From a virus (lineage: Duplodnaviria; Caudoviricetes), in IMG/VR virus record IMGVR_UViG_3300013005_000037, positions 1 through 64,000 of that record: a DNA stretch of 64,000 nucleotides. The stretch is one strand, 5' to 3'. The notes beneath the pieces were generated by a model. It had not been told where the DNA came from. It searched no databases and was given only the letters and a program-made list of their open reading frames with translations. The stretch's first letter is position 1; each line of letters begins with the position of its first letter. Positions 1 to 9,616 of the stretch are shown piece by piece. A program made the position numbers and the translations under genes.

Positions 1-61
1 TTTAACTAAATTTTAACTAAAATTAAATGCAATTATATTTTGTCAAACCAAAACACTTTAA

Positions 62-69
62 TATATTTG
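62..69 (+). promoter_or_regulatory. Bacteroidota sigma-A -7 box (TATATTTG)
   Basis: Exact TAnnTTTG match about 45 nt upstream of ORF 115. Confidence 0.65.
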
Positions 70-114
70 TACCAATGAACTGCTAATATTAATTAATATT
101 AAAAAAACAAGGGT

Positions 115-378
115 ATGGGAACAAGTTTATTTACTTACAAAGATATGTCTAATGATTTTATTGAAAATCAAATTATAGTACTTCAAGGTCATCCTACTTC
201 TGAAAAAGACCAAAAGGAAAAATTTAGTAATTTACTAAAGTTTAATACTCATAAGTTTGCCGAAGTTAAAGTTGGAATATTAAAATGTGATTTTTGCGGA
301 TACTCTATAAATTTTAAACCCATTCCTAAAAATGTAGAAATTTGTAAAAAAAATAAAATTAACATTAAAACAAAATAA
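115..378 (+). CDS. Hypothetical protein
   Basis: 87 aa ORF downstream of promoter; one CxxC. Confidence 0.6.
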   Translation: MGTSLFTYKDMSNDFIENQIIVLQGHPTSEKDQKEKFSNLLKFNTHKFAEVKVGILKCDFCGYSINFKPIPKNVEICKKNKINIKTK

Positions 379-386
379 ATAAGGTT

Positions 387-578
387 ATGGATAATATGCA
401 CGTAATAGCAACGAATAGTCAAAAAAAAGTTATTAACTTCTATATGGAGAATAGTAGCAAGTTTGATAATATTTTAAAAATGGAGCAAAGTACTAATTGT
501 GTAATTACAATTACAACTAAAGACAACGTTTATAAAATTGGTCGATTAGGTGGGGTAACAACAAAATCTATAAAGTAA
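387..578 (+). CDS. Hypothetical protein
   Basis: 63 aa ORF in operon. Confidence 0.6.
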   Translation: MDNMHVIATNSQKKVINFYMENSSKFDNILKMEQSTNCVITITTKDNVYKIGRLGGVTTKSIK

Positions 579-597
579 ATTATTAAAAAAACAAGAT

Positions 598-681
598 ATG
601 GAAGATAAGAGAAATTTTATAATAGTTTGTTGTGTGGCAATTGTTGTTACAATTTTAATAAAAGTTTTTAAAAAAAAATAA
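598..681 (+). CDS. Small membrane peptide (27 aa)
   Basis: Manually translated MEDKRNFIIVCCVAIVVTILIKVFKKK; fills the gap between neighbours. Confidence 0.5.
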   Translation: MEDKRNFIIVCCVAIVVTILIKVFKKK

Positions 682-682
682 A

Positions 683-928
683 ATGAGAGAAATATTTTTA
701 GGAATTATGGTCATACTTTTTATAGTATGTTTTTTTAAAGCTAGTTTGTGTATTAAAAATGAAAAGCAATATGGAGTTTTAATTTTAGGGGTAATGTTCT
801 TTTTATTTGGAATTTCAATTTTATTGAATTTTGCTTTAATTTCACAAAATGACGAATTAACCGAAAAGGTTAAAAATAAATGTCCAGAATATGAAGAAGT
901 ACCTAACGTTTACATTTTAAAGAAATAA
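683..928 (+). CDS. Two-TM membrane protein
   Basis: Two hydrophobic helices, short C-terminal tail. Confidence 0.7.
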   Translation: MREIFLGIMVILFIVCFFKASLCIKNEKQYGVLILGVMFFLFGISILLNFALISQNDELTEKVKNKCPEYEEVPNVYILKK

Positions 929-931
929 GTT

Positions 932-1171
932 ATGATAGAAGTTTTTAATGTTTTGTATAAAGGAGTTGAAAAAGGGGTAACACCATTTTGTTTAGCATTT
1001 TTAAAAGAAGAAGATGCTCGTAGTTGGATTGAATCAACTTGTGAAGTAAAGTCTTATTCCATTAAATCTACAATGGGTTGGAACGAAAATATGACTACCG
1101 ATGATTATAGAGTAGAAGATGTAGAAGGTAATTCATATTACTTTGTTATTTATAGACAACAAATATATTAA
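932..1171 (+). CDS. Hypothetical protein
   Basis: 79 aa ORF, tightly packed. Confidence 0.65.
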   Translation: MIEVFNVLYKGVEKGVTPFCLAFLKEEDARSWIESTCEVKSYSIKSTMGWNENMTTDDYRVEDVEGNSYYFVIYRQQIY

Positions 1172-1173
1172 TT

Positions 1174-1584
1174 ATGGAAATAAAATATGATACAGTTATG
1201 ATTTCTTTTTTCTTTATAAGTATAATGTTTATTATATGTTTAACATTAATTTACAATTTATATTATATACCAAAACAAAAACAACAAATGAATATTGTTT
1301 ATAAAAAATTGTATAAACATATTCAAGTAAAAGAAGTGATTAATTCTTTGTGTGCGGAAATGAAAAATTGTTTAAGTCATTCAGAATATAAGATTATTTA
1401 TGTTCATTTTAAAATGCAGAAACCATCTAATAAAATTAATGTGGATTTTTATAATAATAAATATTTTACTGGTGGTAATTTTTGGTGGCAATATCATTCT
1501 ATAAAAAAAGGAGATATGTTAGAATACACACATCAAAGAAAATTATTTATATTAAAAATGATTGAAATAACAAATAACAAATAA
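1174..1584 (+). CDS. Hypothetical protein with N-terminal TM
   Basis: Hydrophobic residues about 9-30. Confidence 0.6.
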   Translation: MEIKYDTVMISFFFISIMFIICLTLIYNLYYIPKQKQQMNIVYKKLYKHIQVKEVINSLCAEMKNCLSHSEYKIIYVHFKMQKPSNKINVDFYNNKYFTGGNFWWQYHSIKKGDMLEYTHQRKLFILKMIEITNNK

Positions 1585-1589
1585 AAAAA

Positions 1590-2507
1590 ATGAGCCAAGA
1601 AATTAAAAAACTATTAGAAGCATCTTTGATTGAAAAAACAAAGTTAGATTACATTACTGAAAAGTTTAGCGAGTTTACAACAATAGCTAACGAGTGGAGC
1701 GAAAAAGCAAACGCCATAGTTGTAACTGATGAAAGTCAAATTGAGTTAATGCAACAAGCCAGAGAAGGAAGGCTTATTTTAAAAGCTAAAAGAATTGAAA
1801 TTGAAAAAACTAGAAAGTCTTTAAAAGAGCAATCTTTAAATGAAGGAAGGTTAATTGATGGTATTGCAAAAACTCTTACGTTAATAGTTGAACCAGCGGA
1901 AAAACATTTGGAGCTTCAAGAACGTTTTGTAGAGATACAAGAGCAAAATAGAAAAGCAGAACTCAAAGCAGAGCGTTACAAGTTAATGTTGCCATACGCA
2001 GACATATTAGACCCAGATACATTGCAATTGGATATAATTACCGAAGAAGCATTTAACGGTGTTTTGAAATACGCAAAAAATACTTTAGAAGCAAAAATAG
2101 AAACCGAAAGGTTGGCTAAAATAGAACAAGAGCAAAAAGCAAAAGCGGAAGCAGATGAAAAAGAAAACTTGCGACTGGAAAATGAAAAGCTAAAAGCACA
2201 AGCTATACAATCTTCAAAAGAAGTATTACAAAAGCAAATGGAAGCTAAAGAACTTCGAGATAAAGCAAATGAACTTGAAGTCAAAAAGAACGCTGAATTA
2301 AAAGCTATTTCTGATAAGATGAAAGAGCAAGGAATACAACTAAAAACTATTGCTAAAAAAGAAACAATTCAAAAAGACGAATTGCAACTGTTAAAAGAAA
2401 AATATTCAATAGCCAAGACTAGTTTGGAAGCGGTATTGTTTTTTATTGTACCAGACAATTGTAGAACTATGGTTGAAAACACACTTCTTGAATTAAATAA
2501 TAAATAA
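1590..2507 (+). CDS. Coiled-coil phage protein
   Basis: 305 aa, E/K/Q/A-rich heptad character. Confidence 0.75.
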   Translation: MSQEIKKLLEASLIEKTKLDYITEKFSEFTTIANEWSEKANAIVVTDESQIELMQQAREGRLILKAKRIEIEKTRKSLKEQSLNEGRLIDGIAKTLTLIVEPAEKHLELQERFVEIQEQNRKAELKAERYKLMLPYADILDPDTLQLDIITEEAFNGVLKYAKNTLEAKIETERLAKIEQEQKAKAEADEKENLRLENEKLKAQAIQSSKEVLQKQMEAKELRDKANELEVKKNAELKAISDKMKEQGIQLKTIAKKETIQKDELQLLKEKYSIAKTSLEAVLFFIVPDNCRTMVENTLLELNNK

Positions 2508-2554
2508 AATATGAAATATTTTAAGTAATATATCATATTTTTAAAAATATAGTT

Positions 2555-2562
2555 TATATTTG
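2555..2562 (+). promoter_or_regulatory. -7 promoter box
   Basis: TATATTTG, followed by an AACAACAAAATG leader. Confidence 0.7.
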
Positions 2563-2594
2563 TAAAAGAAAACCAATAAATTAAAAACAACAAA

Positions 2595-3116
2595 ATGAAA
2601 AAAACAATTATCTCCGCTTTAGCATTATTATCTATTAGTGCTTATTCTCAAATTAAAAAACCTTATGTAATTGAACATTGTAAAGATGCTATGACCGATA
2701 AGGAATATTACCTCCCTAGTAAAAAATTAATTTGTGCAACTCCAGAAAAAACGAAAGGATTTACAATTGTTCCAAACTTTAAAAAAGTGAATAGTGAATT
2801 AGAACAAAATGGTTTGATGTTACAGAATGTTAATATTGGTACTTGCGATGAAAATGACCAGTTAATATTTTTATTTGACGATGATTCTAAAGTTACTTTA
2901 ATTTCGTGGAATAAATTCAATTGTGATGGTAACGCTTACTTTAATATGACAGATGAACAGTTTGATGCTTTAAACTCTAAACTAATAAAAACAATTAGAT
3001 TTGTTAATGGATTCAAATATGACACGTTTACGCATAACTTGAAAATTACAGATAAAGATTTTTTTGTAAACTGCTTTTCTAATTATGTAATAAAAGAAAT
3101 AAATTGCAACGACTAA
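2595..3116 (+). CDS. Exported protein with signal peptide
   Basis: MKKTIISALALLSISAYS-Q, typical Bacteroidota signal peptide with Gln at +1; several Cys. Confidence 0.75.
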   Translation: MKKTIISALALLSISAYSQIKKPYVIEHCKDAMTDKEYYLPSKKLICATPEKTKGFTIVPNFKKVNSELEQNGLMLQNVNIGTCDENDQLIFLFDDDSKVTLISWNKFNCDGNAYFNMTDEQFDALNSKLIKTIRFVNGFKYDTFTHNLKITDKDFFVNCFSNYVIKEINCND

Positions 3117-3141
3117 TTAATAAATCTAAAAACTAACAACA

Positions 3142-3465
3142 ATGAAACTAACACAATTTTTTTTAAATCTTTTTAAACCCATTAACGAAGAAATTATTAT
3201 GGAGCAACCCCAAGTTAAACCAGTAACTAAAAAAATACAAGTTACTGAAAGACCAAACACAAAGTTTGCAAATGTAAAAAGACATTTATTTGAGAAAGGA
3301 ACTATTGATAGCTGGACTGCAATTCATCTTTATGGCGCAACTAGATTGTCAGCTATTATTTTTAAATTAAGACAAAGAGGATATAATATAGAATCTATTG
3401 CAAATAGTTCTTTTGACAGAAATAATGAAGTTTGTAATTTCACAACCTATAAATACATTCAGTAA
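3142..3465 (+). CDS. Phage winged-HTH protein
   Basis: HLFEKGTIDSWTAIHLYGATRLSAIIFKLRQRGYNI matches the common phage HTH pattern. Confidence 0.75.
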   Translation: MKLTQFFLNLFKPINEEIIMEQPQVKPVTKKIQVTERPNTKFANVKRHLFEKGTIDSWTAIHLYGATRLSAIIFKLRQRGYNIESIANSSFDRNNEVCNFTTYKYIQ

Positions 3466-3467
3466 CA

Positions 3468-3677
3468 ATGGAGTTAATTAAAACACCTTCCTTTAACGCA
3501 ATGGATAACTTATCCGATATACTTTGTAAAAACAACAAAGATTTATCTTTTGAGCAAATACACAAAAAGCTAGGAACTTATTTATTATTATCTGGTAGCA
3601 AAAAATTCGTTGAACTTTACAACGATGTTGCAAAAAATAAAAACTACACAAAAGCGTTTACTGCGCTAAATTTATAA
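3468..3677 (+). CDS. Hypothetical protein
   Basis: 69 aa ORF in operon. Confidence 0.6.
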   Translation: MELIKTPSFNAMDNLSDILCKNNKDLSFEQIHKKLGTYLLLSGSKKFVELYNDVAKNKNYTKAFTALNL

Positions 3678-3679
3678 AA

Positions 3680-3910
3680 ATGGAAAAAATAGAAATAGAG
3701 GTTACAAAGTTATACAAGATACTTATTAAAAGAGGTATGACACAAAAGGACTTGCATAATTTAATCAAAGAAACAAACAACGGACAATCTGTTTCTATGT
3801 ACATACTTAACGAAATAATAAATGGTAAAAGAACCAACTTTAATATCAATACATTAAAACCTATTAAGAAAGCTCTTAACGTATCTTACGATGACTTAAT
3901 TGATGATTAA
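3680..3910 (+). CDS. XRE/Cro-like HTH regulator
   Basis: RGMTQKDL...ILNEIING...INTLKPIKKALNVSYDDL. Confidence 0.8.
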   Translation: MEKIEIEVTKLYKILIKRGMTQKDLHNLIKETNNGQSVSMYILNEIINGKRTNFNINTLKPIKKALNVSYDDLIDD

Positions 3911-4560
3911 TGGATGTAATGCTATTTATAAAAGACTTGCGAAAAAAAGGTGCGCTATACTATCAAACGTGGATGCCTTTGCTTATTCAATATAATGGCA
4001 AAGAAGGTCAAGTTATAAAATTAAGTGTAACTCCTAATACTCCTAAAAGTACTTATTATCGAATTATTCAATATGGTATAGATATATTTCCTACTTATGT
4101 AAAAAATTATTCTTTAGTTAAAAAAAGAAACGAAATAATATTTAATTATATACAAGCTGAAATTGTTGTTGCGGAAATTATAACTCCAAAAGTTGTTTTA
4201 GAAAAAAAATTAAGACAACCCCAAGTTAAACCAAAGACCAATGATGAATTGATTGAGAAAATTATTGGATTTTTAAATGAGTGTACTGGAAAATCATTTA
4301 AGACAAATTCAAAGGTGGCTATAAGTAATATTAATGCTAGATTGAAAGAAGGTTACACGTTAGATGATTTTGTGAAAGTTATTAGCGTAAAAGCAACTAA
4401 ATGGCAAAACACAAAGTTTGAGGATTACCTAACTCCAAATACTTTGTTTGGGAATAAGTTTGAATCTTACTTAAACGAAAATATTAATACAGAAAAAACA
4501 AAACAAGAAAACGCTTATGAACAAGTTATCAAAGCAACAGAACTCGGTTTCAACAATTAG
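3910..4560 (+). CDS. Phage replication initiator-like protein (Phg_2220_C-type C-terminus)
   Basis: FLNECTGKSFK...INARLKEGYTLDDFVKVI...YLTPNTLFGNKFESYLNE. Confidence 0.8.
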   Translation: MDVMLFIKDLRKKGALYYQTWMPLLIQYNGKEGQVIKLSVTPNTPKSTYYRIIQYGIDIFPTYVKNYSLVKKRNEIIFNYIQAEIVVAEIITPKVVLEKKLRQPQVKPKTNDELIEKIIGFLNECTGKSFKTNSKVAISNINARLKEGYTLDDFVKVISVKATKWQNTKFEDYLTPNTLFGNKFESYLNENINTEKTKQENAYEQVIKATELGFNN

Positions 4561-5356
4561 TAGTTTAGCAAACACTAATTCAAAAGAGATTAGTATTTAC
4601 AATGCTTATATTACTGAAAAAAGATTAAAGGATTTTTCTACAAAAGAAGATTTGATGTTAATGAACTCTTTAATTGTGCGGTGGGCAACTTATGTTGGAA
4701 TTGCAACTCCAGAAGCAACCGAAATAAATATGTTGGCTAATTTTATTAAAGAACACTTTCCAACTTTCAATGCGTATGATATTAAAGAGTGTATTAATCT
4801 TTTAACAAATCAAACGCTAGATACAGATGCCGAGCATTATGGTAAATTATCTCCAATTTACATTTCTAAAGTTTTAAGAGCATATCAAGAGCATAGAAAT
4901 AATGTTGTTTTTAAAGTTAGAGATAACATACAAAAATTAAAAGAAGCTGAAACTGTTCCAATATCTGACAAAGATAGAATTGCTAATTTTAAACAATTAC
5001 TTACCATAGCAAAAAAAGAAAATGTGCAAGGATTAACGTATATTGATGCTGGGGATTCTTTATACAATTTTATTAAGTTTAATAAATTAATGCCGATTAC
5101 TAAAGACAACATTGACCAAGAATTAATTGACGAAGCAATGAATTACGGTAACAAGTTTTATATGGAGCAAAGAAAAAAGAAAGTAACCGAAACTGTCATT
5201 AAGAACGAAAGCTTTAAAAAAGTGGCGGATATGCAGTTTGATAAAATGGACATTATTCGTAAATATGCCAGAGAGTTTGTGGTAAATAGATTTTTACTAA
5301 ATTTAGATTTAGCGGATATTTTACAAAAAATTAATATGGAAATGTTAAAGTATTAA
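4517..5356 (+). CDS. Putative replication accessory protein
   Basis: 279 aa, overlaps the initiator 3-prime end; position suggests helicase loader; no Walker A. Confidence 0.55.
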   Translation: MNKLSKQQNSVSTISSLANTNSKEISIYNAYITEKRLKDFSTKEDLMLMNSLIVRWATYVGIATPEATEINMLANFIKEHFPTFNAYDIKECINLLTNQTLDTDAEHYGKLSPIYISKVLRAYQEHRNNVVFKVRDNIQKLKEAETVPISDKDRIANFKQLLTIAKKENVQGLTYIDAGDSLYNFIKFNKLMPITKDNIDQELIDEAMNYGNKFYMEQRKKKVTETVIKNESFKKVADMQFDKMDIIRKYAREFVVNRFLLNLDLADILQKINMEMLKY

Positions 5357-5392
5357 AAAAAATATTTAATTTTACTTATAATAATTTTCTAT

Positions 5393-5698
5393 ATGGTAGT
5401 AGTGGGTAAAATAATAGATATAATTAATGCTACTGATACAGTAATACAAGTGGTTATTAGGGTAAAAAAAGATGATATATACTTGCCAGTTTCATTTGTT
5501 TGTTACCAAGATATAAAAGCGTTAATTTTGCAATTAAGGTTTGAAAAAGGGGATTATGTAAAAATTACTTATTACCTAAAATCAAAAAAATACAAGGACA
5601 TTTATTACACCAGCGCAATAGTGGAAAAAATATCTATAACGCAAAAAGCAACAAAACAATATTCAGTTAATATGTTAACTGGAGAAATTACAGAATAA
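5393..5698 (+). CDS. SSB-like OB-fold protein (DUF3127-like)
   Basis: VVGKIIDI...FEKGDYVKITYYLKSKKY...YYTSAIVEKI. Confidence 0.6.
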   Translation: MVVVGKIIDIINATDTVIQVVIRVKKDDIYLPVSFVCYQDIKALILQLRFEKGDYVKITYYLKSKKYKDIYYTSAIVEKISITQKATKQYSVNMLTGEITE

Positions 5699-5733
5699 AT
5701 AATTAAAAATATAAACATCTAAACATTATTTTT

Positions 5734-5829
5734 ATGCTTAACCCGAAACATAAAGAACAAATTATTGCAATTATAATCTTCGGATTAATAATATTGGCTG
5801 GAATACTAATAATTAAACAAACAAATTAA
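5734..5829 (+). CDS. Small membrane peptide (31 aa)
   Basis: Manually translated MLNPKHKEQIIAIIIFGLIILAGILIIKQTN. Confidence 0.5.
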   Translation: MLNPKHKEQIIAIIIFGLIILAGILIIKQTN

Positions 5830-5838
5830 ATCAAGAAA

Positions 5839-6192
5839 ATGAAACCAACAAAAGAAACATTAGAAGCAATCAAAGAGATTGAAAAAAAAGTAGCCGAAGT
5901 TTGCGATGAAAAAAAATCAAGACAAATTGAAGTAAAATTAAGTTTTGGAACATCTGCTCCAAGTTTAAAACATCAATTAGAAGAACAAGGTTTTACTCTT
6001 TCTAAAGGGTTTTTAAAAGATGCTGACATCATTAGAGTTGATTTATTAGCACTAAATCAAGCTGGAATTTTAAATGGTAAGCAATTATGGAAATGCTTTA
6101 ATAAATTAAGTAAGCAAATCAGTAAAATGGTTGTCAACTCACAAATTAAAGATGGCGAAATTGCTAGACATATAGAAACCAAAAGATTTTAA
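5839..6192 (+). CDS. Hypothetical protein
   Basis: 117 aa ORF. Confidence 0.65.
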   Translation: MKPTKETLEAIKEIEKKVAEVCDEKKSRQIEVKLSFGTSAPSLKHQLEEQGFTLSKGFLKDADIIRVDLLALNQAGILNGKQLWKCFNKLSKQISKMVVNSQIKDGEIARHIETKRF

Positions 6193-6202
6193 TTTTAAAA
6201 CT

Positions 6203-6337
6203 ATGGAAAACTACGATAACTGGAAATTACAAACGCCAGACGAACCAATGTACAACGAATGTGGATTTTGCGGAGAGCCTTGTGAAGAAACGTATTGCAC
6301 AAAAGCTTGTAAAAAAGCATACGAACTAGAAAATTAA
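6203..6337 (+). CDS. Small Cys4 zinc-binding-like protein (44 aa)
   Basis: Manually translated MENYDNWKLQTPDEPMYNECGFCGEPCEETYCTKACKKAYELEN. Confidence 0.65.
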   Translation: MENYDNWKLQTPDEPMYNECGFCGEPCEETYCTKACKKAYELEN

Positions 6338-6340
6338 GTT

Positions 6341-6688
6341 ATGGGTAAAAATAAATATATAACCGCAAGAATTATAAGTGTACTGACAAATGATATTCCT
6401 TGTAGAGATAGTTATATGCGTACAATTCAAATATTGCACGATGAAGAACTTAACTTTATGAGAAAAGACCAATCCGATTATTATAAAATGTTTTTTGATA
6501 AAAAGCTATCGAGCGTAAACACAATTATTAGAATGTGGAGAAAAATTCAAGAAGTACATATTGAATTAAGAGGTAAAAATTGGGAGGAAAGACAAGTTCA
6601 GTCTGCTGAATTTAGAAATAAAATTAATGTGTACGGAAAAGACCAATTACACCTTTTTGATAACCTTGAAATATTAAATGATGTATGA
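6341..6688 (+). CDS. Hypothetical phage protein
   Basis: 115 aa ORF, ATGA overlap with the next gene. Confidence 0.65.
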   Translation: MGKNKYITARIISVLTNDIPCRDSYMRTIQILHDEELNFMRKDQSDYYKMFFDKKLSSVNTIIRMWRKIQEVHIELRGKNWEERQVQSAEFRNKINVYGKDQLHLFDNLEILNDV

Positions 6689-7311
6689 AACTAATAATAG
6701 GAATACCAACGCTAAATAGGGCGGACTTGCTTAACGAAGCATTAATAAAATATTTTGAGGACTTTGAAAATACCGAAATATTCATTGTAGATAATGGAAA
6801 TCAATCCATAATTACCAGAGAAGAAAAATTCGCAATTTACAGACCAACAGAAAATTTAGGAGTTGCTAAAAGCTGGAATCATATAATGGATTATGCAGAT
6901 AAAGTAGATGCTACTCACGTTTTAATGCTCAATGATGATATTTACTTGGGCAGAACAGAACACGGAATAAAACTATTAATCAGTACCAATTCAAATGCCG
7001 ACTTTATTAATTCTATGCAAAATTGGTGTAGCTTTATTCTAACAGTTGATATGTGGAAAAAAGCTGGTAAATTTGATGAAGAATTTTTTCCAGCATATTT
7101 TGAGGATAATTCATTTGACCACAAAATGAGTTTGGTAAAAGCTCAAAAATCTTGGACTTCTTTTTTAGACCCAGTTGTATATCGTAACTCAATGACTATT
7201 GCTAAAGACCCAGCTTTAAATAATCGTTTTGAACACAACAGACAATTGTATATTAGAATGTGGGGCGGAATACCAACGGAAGAAAAGTATGTAACTAAAT
7301 TTAATCAATAA
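6685..7311 (+). CDS. Glycosyltransferase family 2 (GT-A)
   Basis: IGIPTLNR, IVDNGN, NLGVAKSWN, MLNDD, FDEEFFPAYFED. Confidence 0.88.
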   Translation: MKLIIGIPTLNRADLLNEALIKYFEDFENTEIFIVDNGNQSIITREEKFAIYRPTENLGVAKSWNHIMDYADKVDATHVLMLNDDIYLGRTEHGIKLLISTNSNADFINSMQNWCSFILTVDMWKKAGKFDEEFFPAYFEDNSFDHKMSLVKAQKSWTSFLDPVVYRNSMTIAKDPALNNRFEHNRQLYIRMWGGIPTEEKYVTKFNQ

Positions 7312-7312
7312 T

Positions 7313-7408
7313 ATGAAAAAGTATGAAGAAGTAATTATAGAAGTTTGCGCTTGGATAATATGTATTACATTAGTTATTGTTATTTTTAAAATATTAAACA
7401 ACATATAA
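7313..7408 (+). CDS. Small membrane peptide (31 aa)
   Basis: Manual translation with a single hydrophobic helix; fills the intergenic gap exactly. Confidence 0.45.
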   Translation: MKKYEEVIIEVCAWIICITLVIVIFKILNNI

Positions 7409-7409
7409 T

Positions 7410-8093
7410 ATGGAAAATACAACACCAAACCAAAACCAAAACCAACACGCAACACTTAATGGTAGTTTTAAGTTTGTAAATAGAGGTGGTAATAACTACA
7501 TACACCCTACCGCCATTATTGGCGATGATGTGGTATTAGGCGAAGATAATTATATTGGTGCTTTTTGCTATATTACTGGCAATACCATCATTGGTAACAA
7601 CAACCGCTTTGAAGCATTTTGCTCAATAGGTACAGAGCCAGAACACAAAGATTATTTTGACGAACCAAATCAAGGAGTTGTAATTGGTAACTATAATAGG
7701 ATTAAAGAATTTGTTACTATTAATTCTGGATGTCAAAAGCCAACCACATTACACAATAATATTCTTGCACTACGAGGTTGCTACATTGGACACGATTCAA
7801 GTGTCTATGATAATTGCATTATTAGTGCTAATGTTTTAATTGGAGGTCATTCTTTATTGGGGTATGCAGTTAATATGGGGTTAGGAAGTATTTGTCATCA
7901 ATTTTCTAAAATAGGAAGTTATGCAATGATTGGTATGGGTGCTATTATAACTAAAAAAGTAAAACCACAATGCTTTGGAGTTTATGTTGGAAACCCAGCA
8001 AAGTACATAAAGGAAAATGATTATCATAAGCAAAACTTTACTGGAGAAGCAGTAAATAGTATATGTAAAAAATTTGAAACTTTAGAGTTATGA
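7410..8093 (+). CDS. LpxA-like hexapeptide-repeat acyltransferase
   Basis: IHPTAIIG start, hexapeptide repeats, IGHD, GGH and HQF motifs as in LpxA. Confidence 0.85.
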   Translation: MENTTPNQNQNQHATLNGSFKFVNRGGNNYIHPTAIIGDDVVLGEDNYIGAFCYITGNTIIGNNNRFEAFCSIGTEPEHKDYFDEPNQGVVIGNYNRIKEFVTINSGCQKPTTLHNNILALRGCYIGHDSSVYDNCIISANVLIGGHSLLGYAVNMGLGSICHQFSKIGSYAMIGMGAIITKKVKPQCFGVYVGNPAKYIKENDYHKQNFTGEAVNSICKKFETLEL

Positions 8094-8205
8094 AAGAAGA
8101 TACAATTCCATACTACAAATGGTGTTACGGAAAATTTATTTTAGTAGGTTATGTTGAAAAAGATTAAAACAAATTAATTATAATTAACGCAAAACAAAAA
8201 GGATT

Positions 8206-8691
8206 ATGAAAAAATTATTAATTACCATTTTGTTGATGTCAACAATATGTTTTTCTCAAATTAATTTGCAAGATGAAGATAGATTTTCAATTCAAATTAC
8301 AACCGATAATGTAGTATTTCAAAAAGGAATATTTTATGGAGGGGTAGAGTTTCAAGCTGAATTTAGCAATGGAATTTATATTCGACCTCAAATACACTAT
8401 GCTGATTTAAAAGATGGTTATTTAGAGATAGCTTCTGGAATCGGATTAAATTTTGCAAGTAGTCTTTACGATGTAAGAACAAATGTTTTTACTGGAATAA
8501 AATTAGGAGTAATTAATAGGTCTGCCACTAACGCAATATTTGGATTTGAATCTGGAGTAGAAGTTAAAGTATTGCCGAAAGTTTCATTAGGTATTAGAGG
8601 GTCGTATGATTTTAGGGGCGATGCAAAATTTTATGAAGGAAAAGATTGGGTTTACAACAGTCAAGGATACATTAAATTTATAATAAATTAA
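8206..8691 (+). CDS. Small outer-membrane beta-barrel protein
   Basis: Signal peptide (TICFS-Q), alternating hydrophobic strands, aromatic C-terminal strand YIKFIIN. Confidence 0.7.
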   Translation: MKKLLITILLMSTICFSQINLQDEDRFSIQITTDNVVFQKGIFYGGVEFQAEFSNGIYIRPQIHYADLKDGYLEIASGIGLNFASSLYDVRTNVFTGIKLGVINRSATNAIFGFESGVEVKVLPKVSLGIRGSYDFRGDAKFYEGKDWVYNSQGYIKFIIN

Positions 8692-8693
8692 TT

Positions 8694-8954
8694 ATGACAC
8701 TAAAAGAAAAGTTTCAACAATGGTTTATCAATGATGAAGAAGATGAACACTATGAAGGTATGGTAGAACTTGTATCTATTGAACACGAAAAAGTAGCAGA
8801 TGAATTTGCTATTGGATTTGCGGAGTGGAGTTCTTTTTATAGAGATAAAAATAGAAATTCAAAACTAGATATGTTACATTCAAAAAGTAAGTATGATGAA
8901 AGTTATACTACAAAAGAACTATTAGAAATCTATAAAAAAGAAAAAGGATTATGA
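8694..8954 (+). CDS. Hypothetical protein
   Basis: 86 aa ORF. Confidence 0.65.
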   Translation: MTLKEKFQQWFINDEEDEHYEGMVELVSIEHEKVADEFAIGFAEWSSFYRDKNRNSKLDMLHSKSKYDESYTTKELLEIYKKEKGL

Positions 8955-9577
8955 GATTAACATTATCAATGGCTTCTTTTGGCAGACCACAAAGAACCAT
9001 AAGAGCAATAAACTGTATTGCAAATCAAAACATAAATGGATGGGAAGCCTATGTTGTAGGAGATGGTTGTCCAATAATGCAAGATTTTATAGATAGCGAA
9101 TACTTTAACGAATTAATTGAACAATGTTCATATAATGGAAATGATTTGATGATTTGTAATAATCCAATTAATCAAGGTGGAAATGGATTTGCAGTTATTA
9201 ATAACAACATTCAATTAGCACAAGGTAAATACTTTGTATTTTTTGCCAACGATGATATTATTCTACCAAACCATTTTGAAAATTATCTTTCTCAAATAGA
9301 AGATACTGATTTGGATTTTGTTTACTTCAACTCGGAAGTTAAACCAGTAAACGCATTAAGGATTTCTCGTCTTGAATATGGTATGATAGGTCATAGCGAA
9401 CTAATTGTAAGAACTGACTTTTTAAAACAAATGCCTTTGCACAACGAACACTACGGACACGATTGGGCGTTAATACAAAGTATGATGCAAAATGGTAAAC
9501 ACAAAAAAGCAGAAAATTGTCCAGCTACCTACCACGTTATGAGTTTGTCGGATAGGAGAGAACGAGGAATTGATTAA
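8951..9577 (+). CDS. Glycosyltransferase family 2 (GT-A)
   Basis: WEAYVVGDGCP, GKYFVFFANDD, GHDWALI. Confidence 0.85.
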   Translation: MRLTLSMASFGRPQRTIRAINCIANQNINGWEAYVVGDGCPIMQDFIDSEYFNELIEQCSYNGNDLMICNNPINQGGNGFAVINNNIQLAQGKYFVFFANDDIILPNHFENYLSQIEDTDLDFVYFNSEVKPVNALRISRLEYGMIGHSELIVRTDFLKQMPLHNEHYGHDWALIQSMMQNGKHKKAENCPATYHVMSLSDRRERGID

Positions 9578-9582
9578 TTTAT

Positions 9583-9590
9583 TATATTTG
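9583..9590 (+). promoter_or_regulatory. -7 promoter box
   Basis: TATATTTG, then GAAACTTAAAACAACAAATTATG leader. Confidence 0.7.
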
Positions 9591-9616
9591 TAACAAGAAA
9601 CTTAAAACAACAAATT

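Noticed and set aside
1-21. Short direct repeat TTTAACTAAA x2 at the window start as a possible genome terminus or origin
   Set aside because: 10-nt AT-only-like repeat is expected by chance, and the window edge is arbitrary
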